DNA of 64,000 bases, from positions 33,685 to 97,684 of the forward strand of contig NZCK01000007.1 of the NCBI GenBank assembly GCA_002688265.1, given 5' to 3'. Source of the DNA: an archaeon. Its GTDB lineage: Archaea > Nanobdellota > Nanobdellia > Woesearchaeales > GW2011-AR9. The position numbers were made by a program, and so were the translations under genes. Below are positions 19,526 through 29,616 of this stretch, piece by piece. The notes under the pieces were generated by a model. That model was not told the origin of the DNA. It saw only the letters and a program-made list of their open reading frames with translations, and ran no database searches. Numbering within the stretch: the stretch's first letter is position 1; every line of letters begins with the position of its first letter.

Positions 19526-20185
19526 ATGGCATTATTCCCAGGACAAACAGGAGCAGGAGGACATTTAGATGTGGACGCTGAAGTACACACACTTCGTTCT
19601 CAAGGACTAACAGATGATCAAATTCTCTCAGAATTAACAGCTAAAGGAGCTAAAGAACAACAAGTGATTTCTAGTTTAAGTAAATTAGGAGCGCCTGGTG
19701 CCCCAGGGATGGGTGCTGGTGGACCACCTGCTATGCCAGGAATGCCACCAAGTCCTCCAGGACAAGGTATGGGCCCTGGAATTAGTATGCCTCCTCCAAG
19801 TTCTCCTCCTACAAGCCATGGTGCTGGACCCACTGATTCTCCACAAGACCTATACGATAGAATCGAAGAAATAACTGAAGAAATGATCGATGAAAAATGG
19901 GACGATTTGATTAAAGAAGTTCGTAAAATTGTGGAATGGAAAAACTCAGTAGAATCCAAAATGCAAAAGATGGATTCTGATCTCTCTAAACTAAAAGATG
20001 ATTTTAAAATTCTGCACCAAGGTGTTATTGGTAAAGTTGAAGAATACGATAAACGAATGCAAGAAGTTGGCACTGAACTCAAAGCAGTTGGTAAAGTATT
20101 CAAAGACGTAGTTCCAGTGTTTACAGAGAATGTGAAAGAACTTCGAAGTATTACGTCCGGTATGCGAGAAGGAAAGAAAGAGTAA
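19526..20185 (+). CDS. Pro/Gly-rich low-complexity plus coiled-coil protein.
   Basis: GAPGAPGMGAGGPPAMPGMPPSPPGQGMGPG, followed by an acidic coiled coil. Confidence 0.45.
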   Translation: MALFPGQTGAGGHLDVDAEVHTLRSQGLTDDQILSELTAKGAKEQQVISSLSKLGAPGAPGMGAGGPPAMPGMPPSPPGQGMGPGISMPPPSSPPTSHGAGPTDSPQDLYDRIEEITEEMIDEKWDDLIKEVRKIVEWKNSVESKMQKMDSDLSKLKDDFKILHQGVIGKVEEYDKRMQEVGTELKAVGKVFKDVVPVFTENVKELRSITSGMREGKKE

Positions 20186-20244
20186 GGTTTGTTTGTTTTT
20201 CTTTTTATTTTGTCTTATTATAACATATTAGAGTATCTACTTCT

Positions 20245-20655
20245 TTAAACTAACAAATTACGAGCATCAATCCACTTATTATCAACCCTAGCCCATAACT
20301 TACTAATTGAGAGAGGGTCAAACCCCACATATTTTATTCCAAGGCCATTTAAAGCCCTAGTATCAAAAATTTTACACTCAAACTCAAAAACTTTAACTGG
20401 ATGCATCTTCTGAAGTAAATCTATTATTTTTCCAAGCACCTCACCTTCTCCAATATTCTTTTCAGCATCAAATACACCTATTGATTTTACTATTGATCTG
20501 CCAGCAGGACCTTTAAACCGAAATGAAATTGTACCAACAGAAGTATTTTTCTTGCACTTTGAAGGAACTAAATAATTGTCGCCCTTGTAGCTTATTAAAT
20601 TAGGTGGAATCAATTGAAGTAAATCAAAATTGTCCCACAAAAATTGTATGATCAA
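20245..20655 (-). CDS. Hypothetical protein. It has only a TTG start and is in frame with 20683..20955.
   Basis: No ATG before Met at residue 100-plus. The frame is open all the way up to the TGA of the upstream ORF. Confidence 0.3.
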   Translation of the reverse strand: MIIQFLWDNFDLLQLIPPNLISYKGDNYLVPSKCKKNTSVGTISFRFKGPAGRSIVKSIGVFDAEKNIGEGEVLGKIIDLLQKMHPVKVFEFECKIFDTRALNGLGIKYVGFDPLSISKLWARVDNKWIDARNLLV

Positions 20656-20682
20656 CTGACCATTTGTTTCAGCATCTAAATC

Positions 20683-20955
20683 TCACTCTTTTGGATTCAA
20701 ATCAGCTCTAACTCTCACAAGCATTGGATATCCTTTCATCTTATTTTCTCGTTTTATGAACCTTAAATGCTCTATTGCTTGTTTTCTTGTAGTCCACATA
20801 TAAAACCCAGTACCCTGCCCATGTCCTAAAGCCCTGCTTGGATTAATTCCCTCTTTAACAAAAATTTTTAGATTCTCATTATTTTCTCCTGTACAAGTTG
20901 CATGATACAAAGAGTAAGGATGCTTTGGAATAAATTGAAATGCCATTGAAATCAT
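20683..20955 (-). CDS. Hypothetical protein. It may be the N-terminal part of a gene continuing in-frame into 20245..20655 across a TGA.
   Basis: 90-aa ORF ending in TGA at 20683-20685. The next ORF is in the same frame 27 nt downstream. Confidence 0.35.
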   Translation of the reverse strand: MISMAFQFIPKHPYSLYHATCTGENNENLKIFVKEGINPSRALGHGQGTGFYMWTTRKQAIEHLRFIKRENKMKGYPMLVRVRADLNPKE

Positions 20956-21045
20956 AAAAGAAATTAAATATATAAATATATCTGTTTTGTTTGATATCTG
21001 TATTGTTTGGAATTATTATTGTAATATGGATTAATTAGACCAAAA

Positions 21046-21429
21046 CTAAATACCTTGCCTCATCTTCACATACCACCACTGCCACACACAAAAGAAACCA
21101 GCAAAAATAATAGCAAACAACCATAAACTCTTAGGTCCGCCTTCTAAAGCGCCCCACACTAAACCTAAAGTTGCAGCAGCACTCCACAAAAGCTTGAGCC
21201 GAAGCATCACCATAAATGAATCGTAAGAACCTCTATTCATCCAAAGAGACATTCCACCAATTGCAAATAAAGCAGCAGCCACTAACCTTGCAAGATTCAC
21301 TTCTACAGTCTCAAAGCCAAAAAAACCAAGAAAAGAAACTGGAGCAAAAAATAATGGAAAAGCAAAAATCATATCAATTACAAAATGTAATTTAAACCAA
21401 TTGCGAACCTGAACAGGAGTATGTTTCAT
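21046..21429 (-). CDS. Small four-TM membrane protein.
   Basis: 127 aa. Hydrophobic helices with Trp-rich ends. Confidence 0.45.
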   Translation of the reverse strand: MKHTPVQVRNWFKLHFVIDMIFAFPLFFAPVSFLGFFGFETVEVNLARLVAAALFAIGGMSLWMNRGSYDSFMVMLRLKLLWSAAATLGLVWGALEGGPKSLWLFAIIFAGFFCVWQWWYVKMRQGI

Positions 21430-21440
21430 CTTCTAACACC

Positions 21441-21992
21441 TCAAGTCTTTCCCGTTAACAACGCAATTGCCATCACACAAATTGCAAACAGAACTAACAT
21501 CCCCAAAATCTTAGGATGAAAAATTGTCTCATAAATGTTACTCGCAAAATCACCACTATCAGCCGAACCTGTTCCATCAACACCTGCTGCTTGAGATTGA
21601 TCTACTAAACCTTGACCAAAAGTTGCGGCAAATCCAGCAAAAATTATCACAATTGCAATACCAAGCATTGTCCAAGTTACAGCAGCATCTTTAGTTACTA
21701 CGCTTAGAATTTGAGCATCAGTAGTTCCAAAGGTCTTCATCACAAGCAAGAACAATAATACCAGAATGAAAGTTAAAATAAACCAGGGGGATACAAAAAC
21801 TATCATAGCAATAGCAGATTCAGAAAGAGACGCCATGATGGCAGCACATATAGCAATGGTGGCATTAATTGAAATTGATTCACTAACAAATTTGGTTTTT
21901 TGAAGTATAGCGTAAACTAAAACAAATATTAGTAAAACAGGAAATATAACTCCAAAGTACTGCAATAATCCCAAATCCAACACACTTGCCAT
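21441..21992 (-). CDS. Paralogous membrane protein, copy 3 of a tandem triplet.
   Basis: N-terminus MASVLDLGLLQYFGVIFPVLLIFVLVYAIL aligns with the N-termini of 22073..22642 and 22736..23287 (LPFLLVFTxVxA block). About 185 aa with several TM helices. Confidence 0.55.
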   Translation of the reverse strand: MASVLDLGLLQYFGVIFPVLLIFVLVYAILQKTKFVSESISINATIAICAAIMASLSESAIAMIVFVSPWFILTFILVLLFLLVMKTFGTTDAQILSVVTKDAAVTWTMLGIAIVIIFAGFAATFGQGLVDQSQAAGVDGTGSADSGDFASNIYETIFHPKILGMLVLFAICVMAIALLTGKT

Positions 21993-22072
21993 CTTTTTAC
22001 CTGTTTAATCGCTTTCTAAATTATTTGAAATTAAATATTTAAAATAAAAAATATAAATGAAAAAAAGTGATT

Positions 22073-22642
22073 TCACCACTTCTTCTCAAACATCTTTCCA
22101 AAAGATTTCATGAAATTTTCTCCCTTAGATTTGTCTTTATCTGGATCACGGACAATGAACCACACTATTAATCCAAAGACTAAAATTATTATTAACAATT
22201 CCGTGACTTCACTACTCCACCAACCAAAAATATCATAAGGTCCAGTCCAGAGTCCTAAGGAGGCTCCGAATACATAAGCTACAAAACCAATAGAAACTAT
22301 TGCAATTAATGGAGCTGCAGCTTTGGCAAAATCTGTTCCAAATATACCCATCAATAAAAGTAACATAATTGCAGCAACAGAAATTAGAGAAATACTAGGT
22401 AAGGCGTTATTCATTACATCAACAGGGTCATATCCTAAAGGATAATTTCCAGTAATATGTGGTACCACAAACAGTAAGGCCAGAGTTAAAGCAATTACAA
22501 CTGAAAAATTCTTATTATCTTTAAACAGTGGCATTTTTGTTGCCACAGCATAGACAATTGTAAACACCAACAAGAATGGTAATAGAAAATCAACTACCCC
22601 CAAGTTTTGAAATAATTGTGCTAAATTTGAAAATGTTGCCAT
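22073..22642 (-). CDS. Paralogous membrane protein, copy 2 of a tandem triplet.
   Basis: MATFSNLAQLFQNLGVVDFLLPFLLVFTIVYAV. Same length class as its neighbours. Confidence 0.55.
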   Translation of the reverse strand: MATFSNLAQLFQNLGVVDFLLPFLLVFTIVYAVATKMPLFKDNKNFSVVIALTLALLFVVPHITGNYPLGYDPVDVMNNALPSISLISVAAIMLLLLMGIFGTDFAKAAAPLIAIVSIGFVAYVFGASLGLWTGPYDIFGWWSSEVTELLIIILVFGLIVWFIVRDPDKDKSKGENFMKSFGKMFEKKW

Positions 22643-22735
22643 AACTCTTATTCACCTCTTTTATCTAACCTATTAAAGTATCTTTATTACCTTTTTAATT
22701 GTTTTCATAAAATATCTAGTTTTATATTCATTATC

Positions 22736-23287
22736 TTAATCTTTATCCTTCTTTTTTGTTTTTGGTTCTCTAATAATTAAGCCAACCATCCCAGCTACTA
22801 ATAGTAAAAATACTAAGCTACTTACCCACTCAACATCCATCATATAAAGTAAACCAATTAAGGTTTCTAACCAACCCATTGCGTTGAGGAAAATTGCTGC
22901 GATACCAATAAACATGATTGTCATCATCATCTTAATCCAACCTGGAAAATCTTTAAGGGTAAATTCTCCTTCACCATGAAAACTACCCACTAATAACATA
23001 AAACAAACCGAAAGAATCAATAAAAGTACAACATTTGCTACTATCTCATTGATTACCCCAACCAATTGGGTTGAAGCGATAACTAAAAATGCACAAATAA
23101 AAGCAGTCATTGCATTAAGATTCTTTTTAGTAACTTTTTCACCTTCTAATTCACCAATCCCAAGAAGTTTTGTTTTTTCAAGGATAGCAAAGACTAAAGT
23201 AAAAACCAGTAAAAAAGGTAGAACTACATCATAAAGACCAATGTCGTTAAGAAATGTGATTGCATTCCTAAAAATAGTTTCAGCCAT
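22736..23287 (-). CDS. Paralogous membrane protein, copy 1 of a tandem triplet.
   Basis: MAETIFRNAITFLNDIGLYDVVLPFLLVFTLVFAIL. Basic C-terminus. Confidence 0.55.
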   Translation of the reverse strand: MAETIFRNAITFLNDIGLYDVVLPFLLVFTLVFAILEKTKLLGIGELEGEKVTKKNLNAMTAFICAFLVIASTQLVGVINEIVANVVLLLILSVCFMLLVGSFHGEGEFTLKDFPGWIKMMMTIMFIGIAAIFLNAMGWLETLIGLLYMMDVEWVSSLVFLLLVAGMVGLIIREPKTKKKDKD

Positions 23288-23828
23288 ACACCTACCTTTT
23301 AACCTCTTTTAATACAGCAATAAACACCTTTTGAGTATTTAAATCTTTGCTGAGAATGAGACTGCCAATAAAAGAAAAAAAAGAAGATAAAGCTTAAAAC
23401 TAGACTCTAGTAGCTGTAAATTTAAAAATAAGTTCATTTGTATGTCAAATGAAGTGGCAGGAAAAGATAAGAAAGCAAATTATGGAAAAGGTTGAAGAAA
23501 AATTTCCAGTAGCTATCTCAACCAAAGAGGTAAATAGATATTTTAAGTGGCAGAAAGGGAAAAAGTAGTGGCTCAAAATGTCACAAAATCATAGGTGAAT
23601 TTATATATCATCATATCCTCCATTAAACTGTTAAGTTCAAATATCAACTCAATGAAATTAGCATACTCTTTGCGCCAAAAGAGACAAAAATCAGTTCGTC
23701 AAAAATGAAACACATAGATTATGAAGGAAAGGCTCACAAGCCAAAATTCTGCAGTTTAAGGCATGTTATCACTGAATAGTGGTTTCAGTTCCGAAATGTT
23801 TATAAAGTAGACCCAACTATAGATTGTC

Positions 23829-25256
23829 ATGGATAGCGCACAAGCAATAGATTTGGGTAGAACAGATTTTGGAGATAGTTCAGAAACTCCAACCTTAGTA
23901 GATGTATCTCTTAGAAAAACTGCTTTGGATGCTATAAATCCTACTACTGATACTTCAGTTGGCTTAGATGGAATTGCAACTATGAGAACAAATGAATCTA
24001 CTAGTTCAGATTATGTAGTTCCAACAAATTACTCTTTGCTTGCCGATGACATTTTATCTGGACTTGGTCGAAGATCATTAGAATCAAGATTTAACAATTA
24101 TTCTCATGAAAATGGCTTTAAAGTCTTAGGAGGATATGAGGTTATTCAACAAATTGGTACAAACCCTTGTTCTGGGTACGAATTAGGTATTAGAGATAAC
24201 TGGGCATTGAAAGACAGACTAACTAATTTTGATGCTGTTGTAGACCAGATGTTTAATGATTACAGAAACACTGAAGAAGAGAATGGAAATTATGTACTGC
24301 CAAGTAATGTTGACACTTTTCTTGATGAAATTTCTAGTTTAGAAAGCTTGTTGAAAGATTTTGATGTTTCAAAGCGAAGATTAAGTAGAGTGAAAAATCC
24401 TCAATCAGTTCAATTTAAACACAAAAGAATTTTGCAAAAACTGGCTGATAAGAAAAAAGAAGTTGCAAAGCAACATGGAATAGAATTAGAAAACACAGAA
24501 TTAACTGATTTAGCTAATTTGGCTGAAGGAATTTTGTCAGGAGCTTCATCTCACAAATTACAATATGAAAATGGAGCTAATTATATCACAAGAAACCATT
24601 CTTGGGATGATAGACTAAATAACTTCTCATTCTTAGCACACAAAGTCTTTAAGGGGAATGCGAACAATGCAACTGGTGAATACAACCCAATTGTACCTGA
24701 AGGATTAAGTGTTGAACAATATCAAAATTTAAAATCAAAAGTTGAAACATTAGCAACTACATTAGATACTTACGTGCCTTGTGAAAAACGTTTGGCTAAA
24801 GTAAAGAGAGGAAAAGAAGTGGGACACCACGGCACTTTCCTTAAACAAATCTTTAGAATTGGATTAGAAGAAATTGATGCTAAAATTTCATACTTAGAAA
24901 ATTCAGCTAAACCAGCAGTTGAAGTAATGGCAGAAATTGAACTAGAAACACCAAGTGATGTGATATTAAAAACTTTGAAAGCGCCGTTTGGGTATATTAC
25001 ATTAGATGGAACTTATGTCTTTCATGATAGAAAGGCACAAGACGTTTGTGTTGGTGGAAAATTAGATGAGAATAATGTCTTTAGAGCTTTAAATGGAGAT
25101 CCCTTAATTGATTTGGATGAAAAATTATCAAAAAATACTCCTAAAGAAACAGAAGAAGCTATGCAACAAATGCAAACTCTTTCTCTTTACTTACCAGATA
25201 CACCTAGTTATGTAACTATGTATGATAATAGTTTTCTTCTTGAAGGAGAAAATTAA
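23829..25256 (+). CDS. Hypothetical protein with an internal duplication.
   Basis: 475 aa. Repeated segments around KRRLSRVKNP...KHKRILQKL and EKRLAKVKRGK...FLKQIFRI. No known domain recognised. Confidence 0.5.
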   Translation: MDSAQAIDLGRTDFGDSSETPTLVDVSLRKTALDAINPTTDTSVGLDGIATMRTNESTSSDYVVPTNYSLLADDILSGLGRRSLESRFNNYSHENGFKVLGGYEVIQQIGTNPCSGYELGIRDNWALKDRLTNFDAVVDQMFNDYRNTEEENGNYVLPSNVDTFLDEISSLESLLKDFDVSKRRLSRVKNPQSVQFKHKRILQKLADKKKEVAKQHGIELENTELTDLANLAEGILSGASSHKLQYENGANYITRNHSWDDRLNNFSFLAHKVFKGNANNATGEYNPIVPEGLSVEQYQNLKSKVETLATTLDTYVPCEKRLAKVKRGKEVGHHGTFLKQIFRIGLEEIDAKISYLENSAKPAVEVMAEIELETPSDVILKTLKAPFGYITLDGTYVFHDRKAQDVCVGGKLDENNVFRALNGDPLIDLDEKLSKNTPKETEEAMQQMQTLSLYLPDTPSYVTMYDNSFLLEGEN

Positions 25257-25258
25257 GA

Positions 25259-25723
25259 TTATTTTTTCTTCTTAACTATTGCTATTTTTAATTCTTCTTT
25301 TAACTCAGAAATTTCTTTTAAGTAAGTTGCTTTATCAATTACAGGCAATGTTTTTTTCTTGCTGATTACAAAAATATGTTCAAGAGAATTTAAACAATCT
25401 ATTTGCTTTTTCATATATTCATGACACTCTTCTATTTCTCTAATATCCACAGGACTGCCCTTAGGACTGCATTTGACTAAAGAAGTTAAGAAAACTTGAT
25501 CTTTTGTGATCTTTTTCTCTTTTAATAACTGTAATAATTGTCTTCCTACTTTACCATCCCACAAATTACCTTTGCGATCAGCAATTTCGTCAGGCGATTC
25601 TAGAACAATGAGTAATTTGACATTTTGTTTACCTTCACCAGGAAGTGCTTGAAGCCGGTGTTTCCAGAGTGGACATCTGGTGCACTTGCGGACCTGTTCT
25701 GCTATTGTTAATAGTGTCGACAT
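25259..25723 (-). CDS. Uracil-DNA glycosylase, family 4-like (Fe-S type).
   Basis: CTRCPLW (CxxC-x-L). The GE-x-PG-like LESPDE...GNLWDGKVGRQLLQLL and the LTSLVKCSP (VKCRP-like) motifs are present. Short at 154 aa. Confidence 0.65.
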   Translation of the reverse strand: MSTLLTIAEQVRKCTRCPLWKHRLQALPGEGKQNVKLLIVLESPDEIADRKGNLWDGKVGRQLLQLLKEKKITKDQVFLTSLVKCSPKGSPVDIREIEECHEYMKKQIDCLNSLEHIFVISKKKTLPVIDKATYLKEISELKEELKIAIVKKKK

Positions 25724-25835
25724 GATGTATTAGAATTAATCTTTAGTAATAAAAGTTTTGGAAAGAAATAATTTTGAATAAGAAGTAATAAAGTGAAACA
25801 AACCAAAAAAAAAGAAAAAAGAAAAATTAAGAAAT

Positions 25836-26153
25836 CTACAACATACTTCGAATGCTTTCGATGTTGCTTGCAACATCTCTGCCCTTAGTTGTTAACTCCA
25901 ATAACTTAAGCCGACCTTCTTTCTTGAAATTTATTAAATCAGCCTTCTGCATTTCCTGCAAAATCTTTACCACATGAGAATATGTGCAATCAATTTGTTT
26001 CGCTAAAACTGAAGCATAGATTTGACTGTTGGCGTTTTTTAACTCCACAAGCATCATGGCTGGCTTCTCACGAAAAAATACTTCAAATATTTCTTTATTT
26101 AATGTCATTGACTTTCCCCCAAATTTTCGTTTTCTGCCACCCATCGTTTCCAA
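25836..26153 (-). CDS. Winged-helix transcriptional regulator. The likely start is the internal Met at about 26108.
   Basis: wHTH-like SQIYASVLAKQIDCTYSHVVKILQEMQKADLINFKKEGRLKLLELTTKG. It lies immediately upstream of the UDG gene on the same strand. Confidence 0.5.
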   Translation of the reverse strand: METMGGRKRKFGGKSMTLNKEIFEVFFREKPAMMLVELKNANSQIYASVLAKQIDCTYSHVVKILQEMQKADLINFKKEGRLKLLELTTKGRDVASNIESIRSML

Positions 26154-26460
26154 TACCTAATTCAAAATAATATTTTTTAAACCCTTATTTTGCCTTTTTT
26201 ACTTACTAACATCCTAAGAGTAAACATCTAGGTTGAAGACTATTATTTAAAGCTTTTCTTCTGATGGAGTAAATAGTTGAAAAGATAGCAATCTTCGTCA
26301 CTTGTGGTCGATAAATTTATAGGAAAATATTCCTTTTAGAATATATATTATAGTGCAATGGAAATATCTGCTTGGTTTGATAAAGAAAATTGAACTTTTG
26401 GCATAAAAGTTGTTCTGTAATTACTAAATATATAAAAAAGCAGAACTTGTGTCAAAAAAT

Positions 26461-27636
26461 ATGGCACATGGAGACATAGGAATTATTGCTTGTAGATCTG
26501 GGCTGCCATTTGCTGAAGCCATAATTGCAGGACTAGAACACCAATATCAAAAAACTTGTCCAAAAGGAACTTGGTTACAAAGCGATTTAATGAGAAGAGG
26601 GCTTGATTCACTGGAAGTAAGACTTTCAAATTCTAGAAGTTTAACTGGTGGAATGAATCTTAGAAGAAGACTTATTACTGGATTAAAAGGAGAATTATTC
26701 CCCCCACGACATTTTCGTCTAATTAATTATGAAGAGATTCATTTTCCAAACGGTGAAATTAGAGCAGAGATTTTGGAATCTATTAGAGGAGCTGATATTT
26801 ATGTTATCCAGGATTGTGAAAATAAAGTTGATAAATTTGCTATTGACAAAAATTTTGTTGCTGGAAGACATGCACTTGATGCTGCAAAAAAAGCAGGAGC
26901 AGGAAGATTATCTGCAGTATTACCTTACTTACCTTACTCAAGACAAGATGTACCTAGAGGAAGACAAAATGTTTCAGCTGCCAGAGTTATTAGAGATTTA
27001 GAGAGTGATGGCGTGGACCAGATATTGACATTAGATGTTCACAATCCTGCAATTGCAGGAATTTGTGAAAAAGCATTGTTTGAAGATTTACATGCTTCAA
27101 AAAACCACCTTGATTATATCATAGAACATGTGCCTTTAGAAAACTTAGTTGTTTGTTCACCAGACACTGGAGCAGTTAATAGAAATAGATACTTTGCAAA
27201 CGTCTTAAAAACAGAACTGGCTATGATCTGGAAAAGAAGAGATTATTCTGGTGATAATGAAGTTGATGAAATGCAATTATTAGGAGATGTTCGAGGTAAA
27301 GATGTTCTCTTAGTTGATGACATGATTGCAACAGCCGGAACATTGATTAAAGCGTGTGAACTGTTAAAAGAACAAGGAGCAAGAGATATCTACTTTGCAA
27401 CATCTCTGCCATTGTTAACACATCCAGCAATCGATCGAATTGATGATGCTTATGAGAGAGGCATTATAAAACAAATTATTGGAACAGATGCTGTTTATCA
27501 TGGAGGAAAAGAGTTTAGCGATAAGCACCCATGGTATGTGGAAGTCTCAGTAGCTGACTATTTTGCAAAAGTCATTTGGAACCTAAATCACGACATGTCC
27601 ATAAGTGAATTGTTAAGATACAAACCTGCAGCGTAA
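26461..27636 (+). CDS. prs: Ribose-phosphate pyrophosphokinase (PRPP synthetase).
   Basis: LGDVRGKDVLLVDDMIATAGTLIKACELLKEQGA is the PRPP-binding loop plus Prs flag region. TATA-like aaatatataaaaaa lies about 25 nt upstream of ATG 26461, so the track's GTG 26449 is probably not the start. It is longer than typical Prs because of insertions. Confidence 0.8.
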   Translation: MAHGDIGIIACRSGLPFAEAIIAGLEHQYQKTCPKGTWLQSDLMRRGLDSLEVRLSNSRSLTGGMNLRRRLITGLKGELFPPRHFRLINYEEIHFPNGEIRAEILESIRGADIYVIQDCENKVDKFAIDKNFVAGRHALDAAKKAGAGRLSAVLPYLPYSRQDVPRGRQNVSAARVIRDLESDGVDQILTLDVHNPAIAGICEKALFEDLHASKNHLDYIIEHVPLENLVVCSPDTGAVNRNRYFANVLKTELAMIWKRRDYSGDNEVDEMQLLGDVRGKDVLLVDDMIATAGTLIKACELLKEQGARDIYFATSLPLLTHPAIDRIDDAYERGIIKQIIGTDAVYHGGKEFSDKHPWYVEVSVADYFAKVIWNLNHDMSISELLRYKPAA

Positions 27637-27678
27637 AAACATATACAAACATACCCACAAAGTTTAAGTACAGATGCT

Positions 27679-29598
27679 TTGCAAAAAAACTTGATGGTAA
27701 ACACTTCTCCAATCAATCACAAAGAACTCCTAAACGATCCAGAAATCTGCTTCCCACACAACTCACTTAGAGGTGGACAAGCAGAACTAGTTAAAGATAT
27801 CAAAGACACTCTGCACAATGGGGAAAAAATCTTAGCTCACGCGCCAACTGGCCTTGGAAAGACTGCTAGCGCTTTAAGCATCGCTGTGCCACTTGCAAAA
27901 AAACTAAAGAAAAAAGTTTTCTTTCTAACTAACAGACACACTCAACACAAAATTGTAATCGAAACTTTGCAAGAAATGCAAGAAAAATCTGGAGAACTAA
28001 TAATTGTCAGCGATATCATTGGGAAAAAAGGAATGTGCTCACAAGAAGTTGCTAAACTATTTGGATCAGATTTTAATGAATTTTGCAGATCAACAGTTGA
28101 AAAAGGAAATTGTTCCTATTACAGTAAAGTTAAAGGCAAAAAAGGAATCACAGTTGATGCTGAATACTTAATTGCTAAAATTAGAGCAGCAAAACCTATG
28201 CACACCGAAGAACTGCAGCTAGCTGCTAAACGCGAAGGAATGTGCAGTTACGAAATTGCAATTGAACTGGCCAAAAAAGCTGATGTGATTGTAGGAGATT
28301 ATTATTACCTATTCAATCCGATTGTCAGACAAAATATCTTGAAAAAATTGGATCTGGTCTTAGAAGACATCATCTTGGTTGTTGATGAAGGACACAACCT
28401 GCATAATAGAATTACCGAAATGCAATCAGCTAAACTAAGTCAAAACGTTCTCAAATATGCTGCCCAAGAAGCTCAAAAAAATGGTGCTGAAAATCTTGCA
28501 AATGTGTTACTTGATATTCAAGCAAAGTTCGCGAATTTGAAAAGACTTGATGGTAAAATGCAAGAGGCTAAGGTAAGCGAAGATGATTTTACTGCAATTG
28601 TAAAGACCTCTATTGACTATGAACAACTAATTGAAGACTTGGATTCTGTTGCTGATGAACTTCGCGCAAATCAGAAAAAAAGTTTTTGTGGATCAATTGC
28701 GGAATTCCTTCGCAAGTGGGTTGGGAAAAATAAAGGGTTTGCAAGAATTTTTCGTGAGACACAAGGTAAAATTGGTAAATACAAAGAATTAGAATATACT
28801 TGTTTGGATCCTAGTTTAGCCAGTAGTGAGATCTTTTCTGAATTGCACTCTGCTGTGATCATGAGTGGAACCTTAACTCCTCTTTCAATGTATGCTGATT
28901 TACTTGGAATTAAAAGTGCAGTTAAGAAAAAATATTGGTCTCCATTTCCTACTGAGAATAGACGCTGTATCGTTGTTCCAAAAACAAGCACCAAATATAC
29001 CAGCAGAACTGATTCAATGTACACAGAAATGGGAAAATTGATTTCAGAATACAGTCGCGTGATTCCAGGGAATTTGGCTGTGTTTTTTCCATCTTATTAT
29101 ATGAGAGACCAAGTAGCTCGCAAGATTCTGACACTCAAAAAAATCTTGCAAGAAGAAAGGAGTATGGATAAGGAAGCAAAAGAAGTTTTCTTAAAAGAAT
29201 TTCATTCTTACAAAGATAAAGGAGCTGTTTTACTTGGAGTTACTGGAGCGAATTTTGCTGAAGGAATTGATTTTCCAGGAGACTTATTGCAAGGAGTCGT
29301 AGTGGTGGGAATTCCACTGGCTCGCCCAGACTTGAAAACTAAGGAAACAATTGCTTACTATGATATTAAATTTGGTAAAGGGTGGGATTATGCTTACACT
29401 TATCCTGCAATTAACAAATGTATTCAATCGGCAGGTAGATGCATTAGAAGTGAGACTGATCGTGGAGTAATCATCTATTTAGATGAAAGGTTTGTTTGGC
29501 CAAAATATTTTGATTGTTTGCCAAGAGAAGGATTGATTGTGAAAAGAGAACCAGAAGAAATGATTAGTCAATTCTTCTCCGTTAATCAAGATAAATAA
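27679..29598 (+). CDS. xpd: XPD/Rad3-family Fe-S DNA helicase.
   Basis: Walker A APTGLGKT and DEAH-variant VVDEGHNL. A four-Cys Fe-S domain sits between them (CSQE, CRST, CSYY, CSYE). C-terminal helicase motifs are present. 639 aa. Confidence 0.85.
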   Translation: MQKNLMVNTSPINHKELLNDPEICFPHNSLRGGQAELVKDIKDTLHNGEKILAHAPTGLGKTASALSIAVPLAKKLKKKVFFLTNRHTQHKIVIETLQEMQEKSGELIIVSDIIGKKGMCSQEVAKLFGSDFNEFCRSTVEKGNCSYYSKVKGKKGITVDAEYLIAKIRAAKPMHTEELQLAAKREGMCSYEIAIELAKKADVIVGDYYYLFNPIVRQNILKKLDLVLEDIILVVDEGHNLHNRITEMQSAKLSQNVLKYAAQEAQKNGAENLANVLLDIQAKFANLKRLDGKMQEAKVSEDDFTAIVKTSIDYEQLIEDLDSVADELRANQKKSFCGSIAEFLRKWVGKNKGFARIFRETQGKIGKYKELEYTCLDPSLASSEIFSELHSAVIMSGTLTPLSMYADLLGIKSAVKKKYWSPFPTENRRCIVVPKTSTKYTSRTDSMYTEMGKLISEYSRVIPGNLAVFFPSYYMRDQVARKILTLKKILQEERSMDKEAKEVFLKEFHSYKDKGAVLLGVTGANFAEGIDFPGDLLQGVVVVGIPLARPDLKTKETIAYYDIKFGKGWDYAYTYPAINKCIQSAGRCIRSETDRGVIIYLDERFVWPKYFDCLPREGLIVKREPEEMISQFFSVNQDK

Positions 29599-29616
29599 AA
29601 AAATAAAATTTGAAAG

